The translations under genes were made by a program, and so were the position numbers. A stretch of DNA of 64,000 nucleotides from Cyanophyceae cyanobacterium (GTDB lineage: Bacteria; Cyanobacteriota; Cyanobacteriia; Cyanobacteriales; Laspinemataceae), in contig JBBQFN010000019.1 of assembly GCA_038321985.1 (NCBI GenBank), positions 1-64,000 of the forward strand, in the 5' to 3' direction. A model generated the notes under the pieces. It saw nothing but the letters and a program-made list of their open reading frames with translations. It was not told where the DNA came from and did no database searches. Shown here piece after piece: positions 49,629-60,400 of the stretch (the first letter of the stretch is position 1; every line of letters starts with the position of its first letter).

Positions 49629-50816
49629 ATGAAAATTAACTCTGAGGGACCAAAATATTATGATGCAGTGATGGGCGGTCACTATTCGCCCCCGCCAGGA
49701 TCCGCAGTATTGGGGGGTCTGACGGGGATTCAAACTCGCTTGGCAATGCTGGATATTCCCGTTAAAGTTTCAGCGCTAAAAGAGGCGTTAAATTACGGTC
49801 AGGCCGGTTTAGAGTTAGTCATTACCGCGTTAAAAGATGAGTGTGAAACCGTGCGGCGATCGGCCTTTTTATTACTCAAACACCGAACCGAACCCACGGC
49901 GATCGCCGCCTTAAAAAAGTTTAATCCTTATCGTTTTTTTGAATGCGTTAACACCATTAATGCCCATCGAAGTTGGGTTTTATCCCTCGCCTTTAGTCCT
50001 ACCGGACGCCAAATTGCCAGCGCGAGTAAGGATAAAACCATTAAATTGTGGGTTCGGGATACGGGACGAAAATTGTACACCCTCAAAGGTCACAATCATT
50101 GGGTATCGGCAGTGGCATATAGTCCGCGATCGCCCATTCTCGTTAGTGGCAGTTGGGACTCCACCATCAAACTTTGGCAACGCCTTGGGGAAAGCGAACT
50201 TTATAGCTTCCCGGGAGACAGCGAAATTTATGCGATCGCCATCAGTCCCGACGGAGAATTTATCGCCGGTGGCAGTGGCGATAAAACCATCAAACTCATT
50301 GATATCGCCAAAAAACAGCAAGTTAGAACCTTAATCGGACATCAGGGTTATGCGATGGCAGTTGCATTTAGTCCCAATAGCCAACTCGTTGCTAGCGGCA
50401 GCAGTGACAAAACCATCAAACTCTGGCATCGAGAAAGCGGAAGAGAACTTTATACCCTAACCGGACATTGGGAACAAGTCTGTGCGATCGCCTTTAGTCC
50501 CGACGGCCAAACCCTCGCCAGCAGCAGCTTTGACCAAACTATCAACCTCTGGCAAGTCCAAACCGGACGCCATATTTGCACCCTCCTCGGTCATACCCAT
50601 TGGGTCTATGCGATCGCCTTTAGTCCCGATGGACAAACCCTCGCCAGTTGCAGTCGCGATAACAGCGTGAAATTATGGCAAGTCAAAACAGGCCGAGAAA
50701 TCCGCACCCTCCCGGGTCACTCCCGCGCCACTTGTGCAGTTGCCTTCAGTCCTGACGGACAAACCCTAGCAACAGGCGGCGATGATGGCACGATTAAGAT
50801 TTGGGAATGGCATTGA
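49629..50816 (+). CDS. WD40 repeat protein with short N-terminal HEAT-like segment
   Basis: DAVMGG...ALNYGQAGLELVITALKD N-terminus; 7 WD40 repeats; start uncertain (49590 or 49629). Confidence 0.88.
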   Translation: MKINSEGPKYYDAVMGGHYSPPPGSAVLGGLTGIQTRLAMLDIPVKVSALKEALNYGQAGLELVITALKDECETVRRSAFLLLKHRTEPTAIAALKKFNPYRFFECVNTINAHRSWVLSLAFSPTGRQIASASKDKTIKLWVRDTGRKLYTLKGHNHWVSAVAYSPRSPILVSGSWDSTIKLWQRLGESELYSFPGDSEIYAIAISPDGEFIAGGSGDKTIKLIDIAKKQQVRTLIGHQGYAMAVAFSPNSQLVASGSSDKTIKLWHRESGRELYTLTGHWEQVCAIAFSPDGQTLASSSFDQTINLWQVQTGRHICTLLGHTHWVYAIAFSPDGQTLASCSRDNSVKLWQVKTGREIRTLPGHSRATCAVAFSPDGQTLATGGDDGTIKIWEWH

Positions 50817-50836
50817 AGGGAGGATGGTATTGTTAC

Positions 50837-50877
50837 AGCAGAGATTAGAAATCCAGTTTCTTAACAATATCTCTGCT
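50837..50877. repeat. Nested palindromic dispersed repeat (AGAAACCnGGTTTCT-type)
   Basis: agcagagat...atctctgct outer arms around agaaatccagtttct. Confidence 0.5.
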
Positions 50878-51101
50878 TAAGTTCGCACCTATTAAGTCTC
50901 TTTAATAATTACTAAATTTAACAGTTTGAATGAATTATCAATCATCAGGAGAAACCCATGTTAAGAGTATTACAACAGACCGTAAAAGTCGGAACAGGAG
51001 GCAAAGCTGACTATTGGCCCTGTGATTCAGGTGATCCGATAACCCAGTTTGTAGTAAAAATGCTGTACTGTAGGGAGATCATCTTCAATTGTTTTCTGAT
51101 T

Positions 51102-51743
51102 GTGCCATTCGACTCTCATCCCTACGCGATCGCCTTCCATACCAGCAGTCCCGAACTGGGTCTAGCTTTGAGCAATTTTGCTGAAACTAACCGGTGCCAA
51201 ACTTGGGATCTGGGGCGATCGCTTGCCACTCACTTGCACTGCTATCTTACCGAGTTTATCTCCCCTCAAACTTGGCAGGATTTTGCTTTTCTGGCCGTTG
51301 CCAAAGGACCTGGTAGCTTTACCGGGACCCGCATTGGGGTCGTTACTGCCCGGATTCTTGCCCAGCAACTCAATATTCCCTTATTTGCAATTTCTAGTTT
51401 AGCGGCAGTCGCCTGGTCCCAAACTCGCAGTCAGACTGACAGCAACCCCAGGGCGATCGCCCTGCAAATGCCCGCCCAACGGGGTCACCTCTTCACCGCA
51501 ATTTATGAAATCACACCCACCGCAGCAATTCCGCTACTTCCCGATGCCGTCCTTACCCCGCAACAGTGGGAAGAGACTCTCGGCACTTGTTCTAGTCCTT
51601 ATCAATTAATCCAAGTCCCAGAAAATTTAGGGTCTACCGTGTCCAGTCTTCTGAAACTCGCCCATCTGGAATGGCAACAGGGAAAACGTCCCCTCAGTTC
51701 CGAAGCCCTGCCCTTTTACGGACAGCATCCCGTAGACCAGTAA
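51102..51743 (+). CDS. tsaB: tRNA threonylcarbamoyladenosine biosynthesis protein TsaB
   Basis: AIAFHTSS, LAVAKGPGSFTGTRIG, ISSLA, LPFYGQHP; likely GTG start at 51102. Confidence 0.92.
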   Translation: MPFDSHPYAIAFHTSSPELGLALSNFAETNRCQTWDLGRSLATHLHCYLTEFISPQTWQDFAFLAVAKGPGSFTGTRIGVVTARILAQQLNIPLFAISSLAAVAWSQTRSQTDSNPRAIALQMPAQRGHLFTAIYEITPTAAIPLLPDAVLTPQQWEETLGTCSSPYQLIQVPENLGSTVSSLLKLAHLEWQQGKRPLSSEALPFYGQHPVDQ

Positions 51744-51844
51744 AGGATCCCGCCGAACAAAACCGCCTGTTGCTTTAATCCTAGGGCAACAGCACTCCCC
51801 TTTCCTCTTTATGAACTTGCTTAAAACCTAGATACTCTAAATTC

Positions 51845-51897
51845 AGCCCGCGTAGGCGGGCTTTGTTTCTATAGCCCCACCCTTGAGGGTGCGGGGC
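51845..51897. repeat. Cyanobacterial double-hairpin dispersed repeat
   Basis: agcccgc-gtag-gcgggct followed by gccccacccttgagggtgcggggc, between convergent tsaB and psb29. Confidence 0.65.
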
Positions 51898-51912
51898 CAG
51901 GGCCGTGAGTTC

Positions 51913-52620
51913 TTACTCCGGAGAACCAGGAGGTACAGTCGCTGCCCCTTTCTGCTTCGCCCGGTCTTCGCGTTTTTTGCGATCGGCGGCCAGAATATCT
52001 TGCATAACAATGCGGGCCTGATTCATTTTCTCCAAATTACTCCGGTAGAGGTCGAGGTCTTTAGAGAGTTTATCCGGAGGCAGATTGAGTGCCGTGCAAA
52101 TGCGCTGAATCGCGTCTTGACGAGATTGTTCGTTTTTCACCAGTTCTAAGTCTGCCTGTTCGAGGAGGGTAAACAGACCCACCGCAAATAATCGGCTGTA
52201 CTTAAAGTTGGGTTTAGCGGCGATCGCCCCGAGGAGACCTTGAAAATCGGGTTCCATTTCTGGACCTGCCGAACGAGTCAGTAACGCCATCATCTCCTCT
52301 GCGGAATGGCGATGGGCAATTTCTTCTAACCCTTGGGCATCTTGCCGATATTTGTAGGGATCACCTTCTAACCCCTTACAAATGCCATTAAAAATCGATG
52401 TTTTATCCTCTTCGGGTCGATATTCTTGCATAAATCGGTCAAAGGTGGTTACGACTCCGAGGGCATAAATGGGGTCATAATTAAAATCCACATTCACCGA
52501 CAGCAAGTGCATTTCCACCATCAATTCTTCCACTACCCGTCGATAGATCGAGTTGATAGGACGGGTGTGAATCGTATAGAAGGCTCGCTTGGTATCTGAT
52601 ACGGTGCGGACGTTATTCAC
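51913..52620 (-). CDS. psb29: Photosystem II biogenesis protein Psb29/Thf1
   Basis: VNNVRTVSDTKRAFY...RPINSIYRRVVEELMVEMHLLSVN, FKYSRLFAVGL; GTG start 52620. Confidence 0.95.
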   Translation of the reverse strand: MNNVRTVSDTKRAFYTIHTRPINSIYRRVVEELMVEMHLLSVNVDFNYDPIYALGVVTTFDRFMQEYRPEEDKTSIFNGICKGLEGDPYKYRQDAQGLEEIAHRHSAEEMMALLTRSAGPEMEPDFQGLLGAIAAKPNFKYSRLFAVGLFTLLEQADLELVKNEQSRQDAIQRICTALNLPPDKLSKDLDLYRSNLEKMNQARIVMQDILAADRKKREDRAKQKGAATVPPGSPE

Positions 52621-52791
52621 AGGGTGCGTTTTTAAGGAGAACTTATTTTCATTTTCTCTCTTAAACGTACTTTTGCCAAGCGGCATCCGGGGGATCGCCC
52701 TTCCTACCTGGCCTGGAATGCTTTAAAATGCGAAATCAGCCCGAAATCTCCGGTTTGATTTTTAAGCGGCCCGTTGCAATTTTTTTAAAAA

Positions 52792-53442
52792 ATGACCCTG
52801 ACATCGGAGTTAATCGCCCTGGGAAAATACTTAGCAGGGGAATTTGACAATCGGGAACAGGCGATCGCCGATCCGGCATGGTATGTCCACTTGCGCCTGT
52901 GGCAGCGTCCGGTTCCGGTCCGTTTATTTTCCGAACCCAGCTTAACCCTGTTTGCCGAACAAGCTAACATTCTGAATCTCGATCGCCCCTATCGGCCTCG
53001 AATCATGCAGCTTCGAGAACTTCCCGACCGTGAAAGTCAACCCCAGCTAGAAGTGCAGTATTTCATGTTCAAAGACCCTACCCAATTTCTGGGTTCCGGT
53101 CGCCAACCTAGTCTACTCAAACAGCTAAATCCGGCACAAGTGGAACCCTTGCCCGGATGTACCCTCACCGTCAGCCAGAAGCGTCTAGCTGACGGTACCT
53201 ATCACTTTGTCGCATCTTTGCCCTCGGGAGCAAAATGCTGCTTTACCTATCAAGGAGAAACTCGCCAAGTCAATCTCGGTTTCGAGGCATCCCCGACCGA
53301 ACTGTTCAGCTTTGACAAAGGCATTGATCCCAATACGGGCAAAGCCCTGTGGGGGGCCGTGTTAGGGCCATTCCACTTCATCAAGCGTCAGGATTTTTCG
53401 GGGGAACTGGTTGGACTCTCCGATTCCAGGGGGGAGAGTTAA
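52792..53442 (+). CDS. CpcT/CpeT family phycobilin lyase
   Basis: LAGEFDNREQAIADPAWY, RPYRPR, DKGIDP...WG...GPFHF. Confidence 0.9.
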   Translation: MTLTSELIALGKYLAGEFDNREQAIADPAWYVHLRLWQRPVPVRLFSEPSLTLFAEQANILNLDRPYRPRIMQLRELPDRESQPQLEVQYFMFKDPTQFLGSGRQPSLLKQLNPAQVEPLPGCTLTVSQKRLADGTYHFVASLPSGAKCCFTYQGETRQVNLGFEASPTELFSFDKGIDPNTGKALWGAVLGPFHFIKRQDFSGELVGLSDSRGES

Positions 53443-53508
53443 AAAATACCAAGGATGCCAAACCTGGTTAGAAATTGCCAGACTGGTTTATCCAATCCCC
53501 TTTAGACG

Positions 53509-53877
53509 TTAAGTAGCAATGCTACGGGGTCCGGCTTCCAGTGCTTCTTCTTCCGTTTCGTAGATCTCAAAAACCGAATCCATCATTGTGACTTCAAAAA
53601 CCAATTTGGCTTCTGGATGCACGTTACAAATACGGAAACTGCCTTTAACCTTGTCCGCGTCTCGCATCCCTGCTACTAGCGACGTCAGACCAGAACTGTC
53701 AATAAAGTTAACTTGTCCTAAATTAACGACAATATGACGACTCAGTTTTGAAATGCACTCCTGTAATTTGAGGCGAAATTGCCAAGCGGTTGTAATGTCT
53801 AGACGACCCGTTGGGGCCAAGACAATCACCGTTGTTCCATCCTGGGTCGTATGGGTTTTTTGCTCGATATGAATCAC
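53509..53877 (-). CDS. STAS-domain anti-sigma-factor antagonist
   Basis: GRLDIT, VNLGQVNFIDSSGL (phosphorylatable Ser). Confidence 0.92.
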   Translation of the reverse strand: MIHIEQKTHTTQDGTTVIVLAPTGRLDITTAWQFRLKLQECISKLSRHIVVNLGQVNFIDSSGLTSLVAGMRDADKVKGSFRICNVHPEAKLVFEVTMMDSVFEIYETEEEALEAGPRSIAT

Positions 53878-54141
53878 AGGCCCTCCCTCAATACGCTAGT
53901 TGCCTACCTCGCTTTCGTAGTTTAGCAAAATCGGAGCCATTGCCCCGATTGAGCTGGACCGAATTAGCCACGCTTGCTGCTAAAAAAATATCACGATCGC
54001 GTCATCCACTCACGAAGGCAATGCTCAACATCTCCCCTCGATAGTCCCTGTTTGCCCTCACCCCGAGTGAATTTGCCTGATTTTTCGGGGCAGTCTCGGG
54101 CAATTGGGCGATCGCTGGTTTGACTGCTGCCTAAACCAGCG

Positions 54142-54165
54142 GTAGGGTGCGTCAGACGCACCCAC
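54142..54165. repeat. GTAG-type REP palindrome downstream of hemF
   Basis: gta-gggtgcgtc-a-gacgcaccc. Confidence 0.6.
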
Positions 54166-54189
54166 GAGACTACTACCTAGAGGGACACT

Positions 54190-55227
54190 TTAACTAGGGT
54201 TTGCAGGCCACTCCGCCCAATTTTGCGGTTTTAAAAAGGTGTCGTAGAGTTCTGCTTCGGGGGTATTCGGTTCCGGTTGATAGCCATATTCCCAGCGTAC
54301 CAAAGGCGGCAGAGACATTAAAATCGATTCCGTGCGCCCATTAGTCTGGAGCCCGAAAATTGTGCCGCGATCGTAAACCAAGTTAAATTCTACATACCGT
54401 CCGCGCCGATACAGTTGAAAATTCCGTTCGCGATCGCCATATTCCAGACCCGAACGACGCTCAACAATTGGCCCATAAGCCGGTAAAAACGAGCGTCCGC
54501 AGTCTTGGACAAACGCAAACAAGGCTTCCCAATTGCGCTGGGGAGGCGTGCCAATTTTCCGGCTGTATTCTGCTGCCGGTCCTGTAGGGTCGGGCCCGCG
54601 ATAGAGTTCGCTTTGACCATCTTGGTAGTCAAAAAACAGGCCACCTACCCCTCGGGTTTCATCGCGATGCTTCAGGTAAAAATATTCGTCACACCAGAGT
54701 TTAAAAACCTGGTAATACTCATCATGGTGGCGATCGCAAGCCCCTTTGAAGGTGCGGTGAAAGTGGGCCGCATCTTCGGCAAACGGATAATAAGGCGTCA
54801 AATCTGCACCGCCTCCAAACCACCAAACCGGCCCGGCTTCAAAGTAGCGATAGTTTAAATGAACTGTGGGAATGTAAGGATTGTGCGGGTGCAACACCAT
54901 TGAAGTCCCCGTAGCATAGAAGCGGTGACCCTCTGCCTCCGGACGTTGCTTTAAAATCGAAGGCGGTAGATGATCTCCCCACACTTCAGAAAAATTCACG
55001 CCCCCTTGTTCCAAGACATTGCCCTCACGCATCACCCGAGAACGGCCCCCGCCACCTTCCGGGCGTTCCCAAGAATCTTCTTTAAACGTGCCAAGGCCAT
55101 CGAGTTCGGCCAGCCCTTGACAAATTTCATCTTGTAGCGACTGCATAAACTGACTGACTCGTTCTTTCGAGTCATCCGGTGGCAAATTCTGGGTAGAGGT
55201 GGCCTCAAAAGTCGAAGAAACTGTCAT
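54190..55227 (-). CDS. hemF: Oxygen-dependent coproporphyrinogen III oxidase
   Basis: [47 protein letters not shown]. Confidence 0.97.
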   Translation of the reverse strand: MTVSSTFEATSTQNLPPDDSKERVSQFMQSLQDEICQGLAELDGLGTFKEDSWERPEGGGGRSRVMREGNVLEQGGVNFSEVWGDHLPPSILKQRPEAEGHRFYATGTSMVLHPHNPYIPTVHLNYRYFEAGPVWWFGGGADLTPYYPFAEDAAHFHRTFKGACDRHHDEYYQVFKLWCDEYFYLKHRDETRGVGGLFFDYQDGQSELYRGPDPTGPAAEYSRKIGTPPQRNWEALFAFVQDCGRSFLPAYGPIVERRSGLEYGDRERNFQLYRRGRYVEFNLVYDRGTIFGLQTNGRTESILMSLPPLVRWEYGYQPEPNTPEAELYDTFLKPQNWAEWPANPS

Positions 55228-55640
55228 AATGTCAAGTTATTTTCTGGTGCGGGATACAGATCTGCCTGTCAAGAGCGATCGAAATCAAGAGCGGTGGATA
55301 AAGCGATCGCACTCTTGGTGAAATCTTTAGCCCTGATTCTCGATAAAGCGGACCGACTTGCAAAAATCCTATCTTAATCTCGGCAATTATCCACTGCCTT
55401 TAAAAATTCTACATATTACTACAAAAAAAGATACATTAAGAAAATATCCAGAACTCAGCAGGTAACTCGTTCTAGGGGAGAAGCAAAGCCAGGCGATCGG
55501 GCAATAGAGGCAAGATCCACAATTGCGCCTTCCCAACCGGGAAAAAATACCCACTCAACCGGTCAAAATTCAACCCCGACCTTCCACCCCATAACGAGTG
55601 CCTGCCTGATCCGTCCGAGAGAGAAGAAACAGGTAAACCG

Positions 55641-56711
55641 ATGACTCAACCCCTAACTTCCCAAGCCATCTTAGAAGTCTTGCAACCCGTGCAAGACCCC
55701 GAACTACAAAAGAGCTTGGTAGACCTCAATATGATTCGCAACGTCAAAATTGACGAGGGCAACGTCAGCTTTACCTTAGTTCTGACCACACCCGCCTGTC
55801 CCTTGCGAGAATTCATTGTTGAAGACTGCCAAAAAGCTGTTCGCACCTTAGCCGGAGTCCAAGAAGTCAACATCGAAGTCACCGCTGAAACCCCACAACA
55901 GAAATCCCTCCCCGATCGCCAAGGCATCGCTGGAGTCAAAAATATCCTCGCCATTTCCAGTGGCAAAGGCGGCGTTGGCAAAAGCACCATCGCCGTTAAC
56001 GTTGCTGTCTCCCTGGCTCAAGCCGGCGCAAAAGTTGGCCTCCTCGACGCCGATATTTACGGTCCTAACGACCCCGCCATGCTTGGACTCGCCGATGCTC
56101 AAATCACCGTCCGCCAAGGTCCCCAAGGCGACGTCCTCGAACCGGCCTTTAACTACGGCGTTAAATTAGTCTCCATGGCCTTTTTAATCGACAAAGACCA
56201 ACCCGTAGTCTGGCGCGGTCCCATGTTAAACGGCGTAATTCGGCAGTTTCTCTATCAAGTCGATTGGGGCGAATTAGACTATCTCATCGTAGATATGCCC
56301 CCCGGAACCGGCGATGCCCAACTCACAATGGCCCAATCTGTCCCAATGGCGGGAGTTGTCATTGTCACCACTCCCCAAACCGTTGCCTTGTTGGATTCGC
56401 GCAAAGGTTTAAAAATGTTCCAACAATTAAACGTGCCGGTCCTGGGAATCGTCGAAAATATGAGTTATTTCATCCCTCCGGATATGCCCGACAAAAAATA
56501 CGATATCTTTGGTTCGGGAGGGGGACAAAAAACCGCAGACGAACTCGGTGTTCCCTTATTAGGTTGTGTCCCCTTAGAAATTCCCCTACGTGAGGGTGGT
56601 GATAGTGGAGTCCCCATCACCATTTCTGCCCCGGATTCCCCTTCCGCTAAAGCCCTACGAGAAATTGCTAACCGAATTGCCGGTAAAGTGTCTGTCGTCG
56701 CCCTAGCCTAA
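55641..56711 (+). CDS. mrp: Mrp/NBP35 (ApbC) Fe-S carrier ATPase
   Basis: DPEL...LTTPACP, SGKGGVGKST, DADIYGP, DMPPGTGD, ENMS. Confidence 0.95.
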   Translation: MTQPLTSQAILEVLQPVQDPELQKSLVDLNMIRNVKIDEGNVSFTLVLTTPACPLREFIVEDCQKAVRTLAGVQEVNIEVTAETPQQKSLPDRQGIAGVKNILAISSGKGGVGKSTIAVNVAVSLAQAGAKVGLLDADIYGPNDPAMLGLADAQITVRQGPQGDVLEPAFNYGVKLVSMAFLIDKDQPVVWRGPMLNGVIRQFLYQVDWGELDYLIVDMPPGTGDAQLTMAQSVPMAGVVIVTTPQTVALLDSRKGLKMFQQLNVPVLGIVENMSYFIPPDMPDKKYDIFGSGGGQKTADELGVPLLGCVPLEIPLREGGDSGVPITISAPDSPSAKALREIANRIAGKVSVVALA

Positions 56712-56771
56712 CTGTAGATAGAACAAACCCCATCTTCCGCGCCTCCTTTATCTCCCCCATCTCAATCAACT

Positions 56772-58031
56772 ATGTATCAAAAGTCCGTAAGCCGAATTCG
56801 TTGGAAAGTTTGGTTACAACCCTGGCTAGATTCTGACTGGCTGCTGTTTGCGTTGCCAGTGGCATTAACTCTATTTGGCGGGATTATGATCCGCAGTACC
56901 GAACTCAACCTAGGGTGGACCGACTGGTGGCAACACTGGCTAGTGGGAGGGATTGGATTACTAATCGCCATCACTATCTCGCGATGGCCGTACGATACCC
57001 TGATTCAATTAAAGTGGGTGGTTTATGGTGTCACCAATATCTCCCTACTGGCGGTTATGTTTATCGGGACCACTGCCCTAGGTGCACAGCGTTGGATTAC
57101 CATTGGTGGATTTAACATTCAACCGTCAGAATTTGCAAAAATAGGGGTGATTATTACCCTAGCGGCACTCCTGCACGAACGCGCCCCCGACAGCCTAAAC
57201 TCCATATTCAAAACCCTGGCGATTACTGCCGTACCCTGGGGGTTGGTCTTCTTACAACCTGACCTAGGAACTTCCCTAGTCTTTGGGGCGATTACCCTGG
57301 GAATGCTGTATTGGGGTAACACCAATCCGGGTTGGCTGATGCTGATGGTCTCTCCCCTCGTTGCCACAATTCTGTTTGGGGTTTATCTACCGGGGTGGTT
57401 TGCTTGGACTGGCTTAATGGCATTAATTGGGTGGCGCACCTTGCCCTGGCCTTTTTTGGGCGCACTGGGTACCGTGGTCATGAATTTGATCTTCGGTCGA
57501 ATTGGTAGTCTCTTATGGAACCTGCTCAAAGACTATCAGAAAGAGCGAGTAACGACCTTTCTCCACCCTGAACAGGACCCCCTCGGGGCCGGATATCACC
57601 TGATCCAATCTCGCATCGCCATTGGATCCGGTGGACTGCAAGGGCGGGGACTTTATAATGGAACCCAAACCCAGCTTAATTTTATCCCCGAACAACATAC
57701 TGACTTCATCTTTTCTGCCATTGGGGAAGAATTTGGTTTTATTGGATCTATGGTGATCCTGGGAGCCTTCTGGTTTATTTGCCTGCGCCTTGTCTTGATT
57801 GCTCAATCCTCTAAAGACACCTTTGGCGCGTTGTTAGCCGTTGGTGTTTTATCCATGATCGTGTTTCAGGTGGTCGTTAATATTGGCATGACCATCGGAC
57901 TAGCACCCGTGACAGGGATTCCCTTACCTTGGTTGAGTTACGGTCGGTCTGCCTTACTGACCAATTTTATCGCCCTTGGGCTCGTCGAATCTGTTGCCTA
58001 TCACCGGGAGAAAGTGAAAAAGAAGTTTTAG
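56772..58031 (+). CDS. rodA: Rod shape-determining protein RodA (SEDS)
   Basis: GAQRWI, QPSEFAK, QPDLGT, AIGSGG, PEQHTDFIF, GIPLPWLSYG. Confidence 0.95.
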   Translation: MYQKSVSRIRWKVWLQPWLDSDWLLFALPVALTLFGGIMIRSTELNLGWTDWWQHWLVGGIGLLIAITISRWPYDTLIQLKWVVYGVTNISLLAVMFIGTTALGAQRWITIGGFNIQPSEFAKIGVIITLAALLHERAPDSLNSIFKTLAITAVPWGLVFLQPDLGTSLVFGAITLGMLYWGNTNPGWLMLMVSPLVATILFGVYLPGWFAWTGLMALIGWRTLPWPFLGALGTVVMNLIFGRIGSLLWNLLKDYQKERVTTFLHPEQDPLGAGYHLIQSRIAIGSGGLQGRGLYNGTQTQLNFIPEQHTDFIFSAIGEEFGFIGSMVILGAFWFICLRLVLIAQSSKDTFGALLAVGVLSMIVFQVVVNIGMTIGLAPVTGIPLPWLSYGRSALLTNFIALGLVESVAYHREKVKKKF

Positions 58032-58153
58032 CAACAGGCTATTTTGGCGAACCCTTGACGAATGACTCCAAAAAGATTGACGATGACTCATGATCACTCG
58101 GATTTTCTGAGTAGTCAGATAAACCCCTTAACTCTAAGCATCTGTAAAGAATT

Positions 58154-58351
58154 ATGATTTTGCCTGGATCGGCTGTTCGTGTTAAAAACCCCGATGATAC
58201 TTACTACGACTTTCAAGGACAAGTTCAACGCCTAACCGATGGCAGAGCCGCTGTCCTTTTTGAGGGAGGAACTTGGGATAAATTAGTTACCTTTCGACTC
58301 TCGGAACTTGAACCCGTAGATGCCACTGCGGGTCGCAAGAAAAGCAAATAG
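58154..58351 (+). CDS. ndhS: NDH-1 subunit NdhS
   Basis: [48 protein letters not shown]. Confidence 0.93.
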   Translation: MILPGSAVRVKNPDDTYYDFQGQVQRLTDGRAAVLFEGGTWDKLVTFRLSELEPVDATAGRKKSK

Positions 58352-58367
58352 TTCGCTGTTGATAACC

Positions 58368-58410
58368 ATTCAGGGTTGATGAGATTTGACTCTTCAACCC
58401 TGAATTTTTT
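58368..58410 (+). terminator. Rho-independent terminator after ndhS
   Basis: attcagggttga...tcaaccctgaat stem plus T run. Confidence 0.65.
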
Positions 58411-58438
58411 AACTTGAAGATATATTTAAGAGTTGATT

Positions 58439-59107
58439 ATGCGTCTACCTTTACCGCAATTTGCTAACGAACACCGTCACCCGGACCATATTGCTGAGGT
58501 GATTGAAACGGCAACAACGGAGTTTTTAGCCCAATGTTTAGACCCAGAAGAGTTAAATTTTCCCCTAATGCCGCCGTTTGGTAGTTGGGTGAAATCTTTG
58601 GATGAGGAGTCTGGAAATCAGATTTATGGAGTGGTTTATTTTGCCACAACAACTCCCATCGATACAGTCCACCGGGCTAGAGCGCTGGGTTTATCTTTAG
58701 ATGGATTACGGGAACAGCAACCCCAGATTTTTGCCATGCTCAAAACTGAGTTTCGCGCGGCGATCGCCGGCTTTTGTCCCCATCTTGACAGCAAAAATGG
58801 GTCTCGCCGTCCCACAGGAATTATTTATCAATACATTCCCCCCCGTCCCCCTCAAATTCACCAAGCGGTGTATCGCTGTCAACCCGCAGAAATTGTTCAC
58901 TTTACTCAACAGTTTGATTTCCTGCGTACCCTCTTACAAGTTCCCGGTGCACCTGTAGACGCCCTAACTGCAGCAGCCATTCGCGAGGTGTATCAGTTAC
59001 GAGGTGCCGATCGCGATTGGTTAGTCCAAGCCGGACGCACCCTCAGCGTGTTACTCAAGGATGATTACGATCGCCTCCGTTTAATTTTAAGTCAAATTCA
59101 TCCCTAG
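58439..59107 (+). CDS. HAS-barrel domain protein (conserved cyanobacterial)
   Basis: IAEVIETATTEFLAQC, PPFGSWV, PPRPPQIHQAVY, LLKDDYDRL. Confidence 0.8.
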   Translation: MRLPLPQFANEHRHPDHIAEVIETATTEFLAQCLDPEELNFPLMPPFGSWVKSLDEESGNQIYGVVYFATTTPIDTVHRARALGLSLDGLREQQPQIFAMLKTEFRAAIAGFCPHLDSKNGSRRPTGIIYQYIPPRPPQIHQAVYRCQPAEIVHFTQQFDFLRTLLQVPGAPVDALTAAAIREVYQLRGADRDWLVQAGRTLSVLLKDDYDRLRLILSQIHP

Positions 59108-59656
59108 ATAAATTTTAAGCAGGGATGAGATAATCTATTATTGATAATTAAACCGACGAAATGGGGGCTAAAACAAGTAAAAATCCTTGATTTATGGAGT
59201 GTTCATCTCCTTTTTCTACTAAGATTGAGAGAGAGGTTTTATAGAATCTCTAATACTTGAATGCCACAGCCGATATTTTATGTCAGCTTTTATGTCAGTT
59301 ACATCTTATACCAAACTCTACGAAATCTGGGTATCAAAAGTCGTTTTTATAGAGTAGCGGGCGTCAGCAGGCTACCCTTCGGGAAGCCGAGCAAAGCGTC
59401 TACGTCCGTATAGTCCCACCCTTTCATAACGGAACCTCCGCCTGATGCTGGTTTTGACAAACCTTTGAATGCCGGATTCCGGATTAGATGGACTTACCCC
59501 GGGGGTAAACCTACCGTAACGGCTATCGCGGGAGGAAGTTTTGCCTGGGTTGATCTTGTCCTGGGATTTATGCTATACCCGGATATAACAGCCTATCTAA
59601 ATTTTTCCGATTCCTCGATCCCAGCATATTTTCCAATTTGGTAGGTTCCATGTTAA

Positions 59657-60283
59657 ATGATGGCAGTGAACAAAACGTCAAAAGGAAATCAAATCATGAC
59701 TACCTCTGACCAACCAGAGTCCAAAAATCAATCGAGCGTTAATTCGGGAATTTTGGTTTTTTTGAGTTCACTTGCAGGTTTATTTTTGTCTATATTAATA
59801 CTTAGACTTTCAGCACAACCTGAAAAACCTATCGGGTTTTGGGAGGGATGCTTTTTTATTCTTTTTTCAATGCTGCTTTTTGCAGTTCTTGGCTGGGCTA
59901 TTTTCCAAATAGTACAACTAATAAGCAATGCAATGACTTTGTTTACGAGATATTTGATAACAGTATTTGGCTTGGTGTTTAGTCTTATTTTGCCTGCATC
60001 TTTAGCTGCTATAGGCTCAAGTTTTCCTGTTATAGGATCAAGTTTTCTAGGACTATTTGCTCCTCTTCTTGCTGCTCTTACTATAATCGCAAGAATTGTT
60101 AAATATAAATTTACGGAAAAAATGCCAGGGTGGATAGAAAAAGCCTTAGATATTTTCATTCCTGGGGCTATAGCTTCAGGCTTGGCTACTCTCTATGTTT
60201 TTGGGTTTCAGAAGATTTTTCCGGGAATACCATTCATCAATGTATTTAATAAGATAAATCTATGTAATCTGTTTAAGCCTTAA
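59657..60283 (+). CDS. AT-rich multi-TM hypothetical protein
   Basis: About 5 hydrophobic segments; no HIP1 site seen; start uncertain (59657 or 59696). Confidence 0.65.
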   Translation: MMAVNKTSKGNQIMTTSDQPESKNQSSVNSGILVFLSSLAGLFLSILILRLSAQPEKPIGFWEGCFFILFSMLLFAVLGWAIFQIVQLISNAMTLFTRYLITVFGLVFSLILPASLAAIGSSFPVIGSSFLGLFAPLLAALTIIARIVKYKFTEKMPGWIEKALDIFIPGAIASGLATLYVFGFQKIFPGIPFINVFNKINLCNLFKP

Positions 60284-60295
60284 GGTTTTTAAAAA

Positions 60296-60400
60296 ATGAA
60301 TAGATTAACCCTAAAAACGGATGCACTCCATCTCAATGATGAACAGGTTTTCCAACTGTATTAAGATAACCAAGACTTTTGTTTAACGTGGGGAAACCCG
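60296..60400 (+). pseudogene. Uma2-family N-terminal remnant
   Basis: Manual translation MNRLTLKTDALHLNDEQVFQLY*DNQDF matches the typical L(T/N)DEQFxQLCQxNxD start, with an in-frame TAA. Confidence 0.55.

Noticed and set aside
50958..51101. N-terminal extension of TsaB in the ORF track
   Set aside because: Family similarity begins near 51102; the extension is probably upstream non-coding sequence.
58439..59107. HAS-barrel protein as part of a HerA/NurA system
   Set aside because: No HerA ATPase or NurA nuclease nearby; it sits in a housekeeping mrp-rodA-ndhS context.
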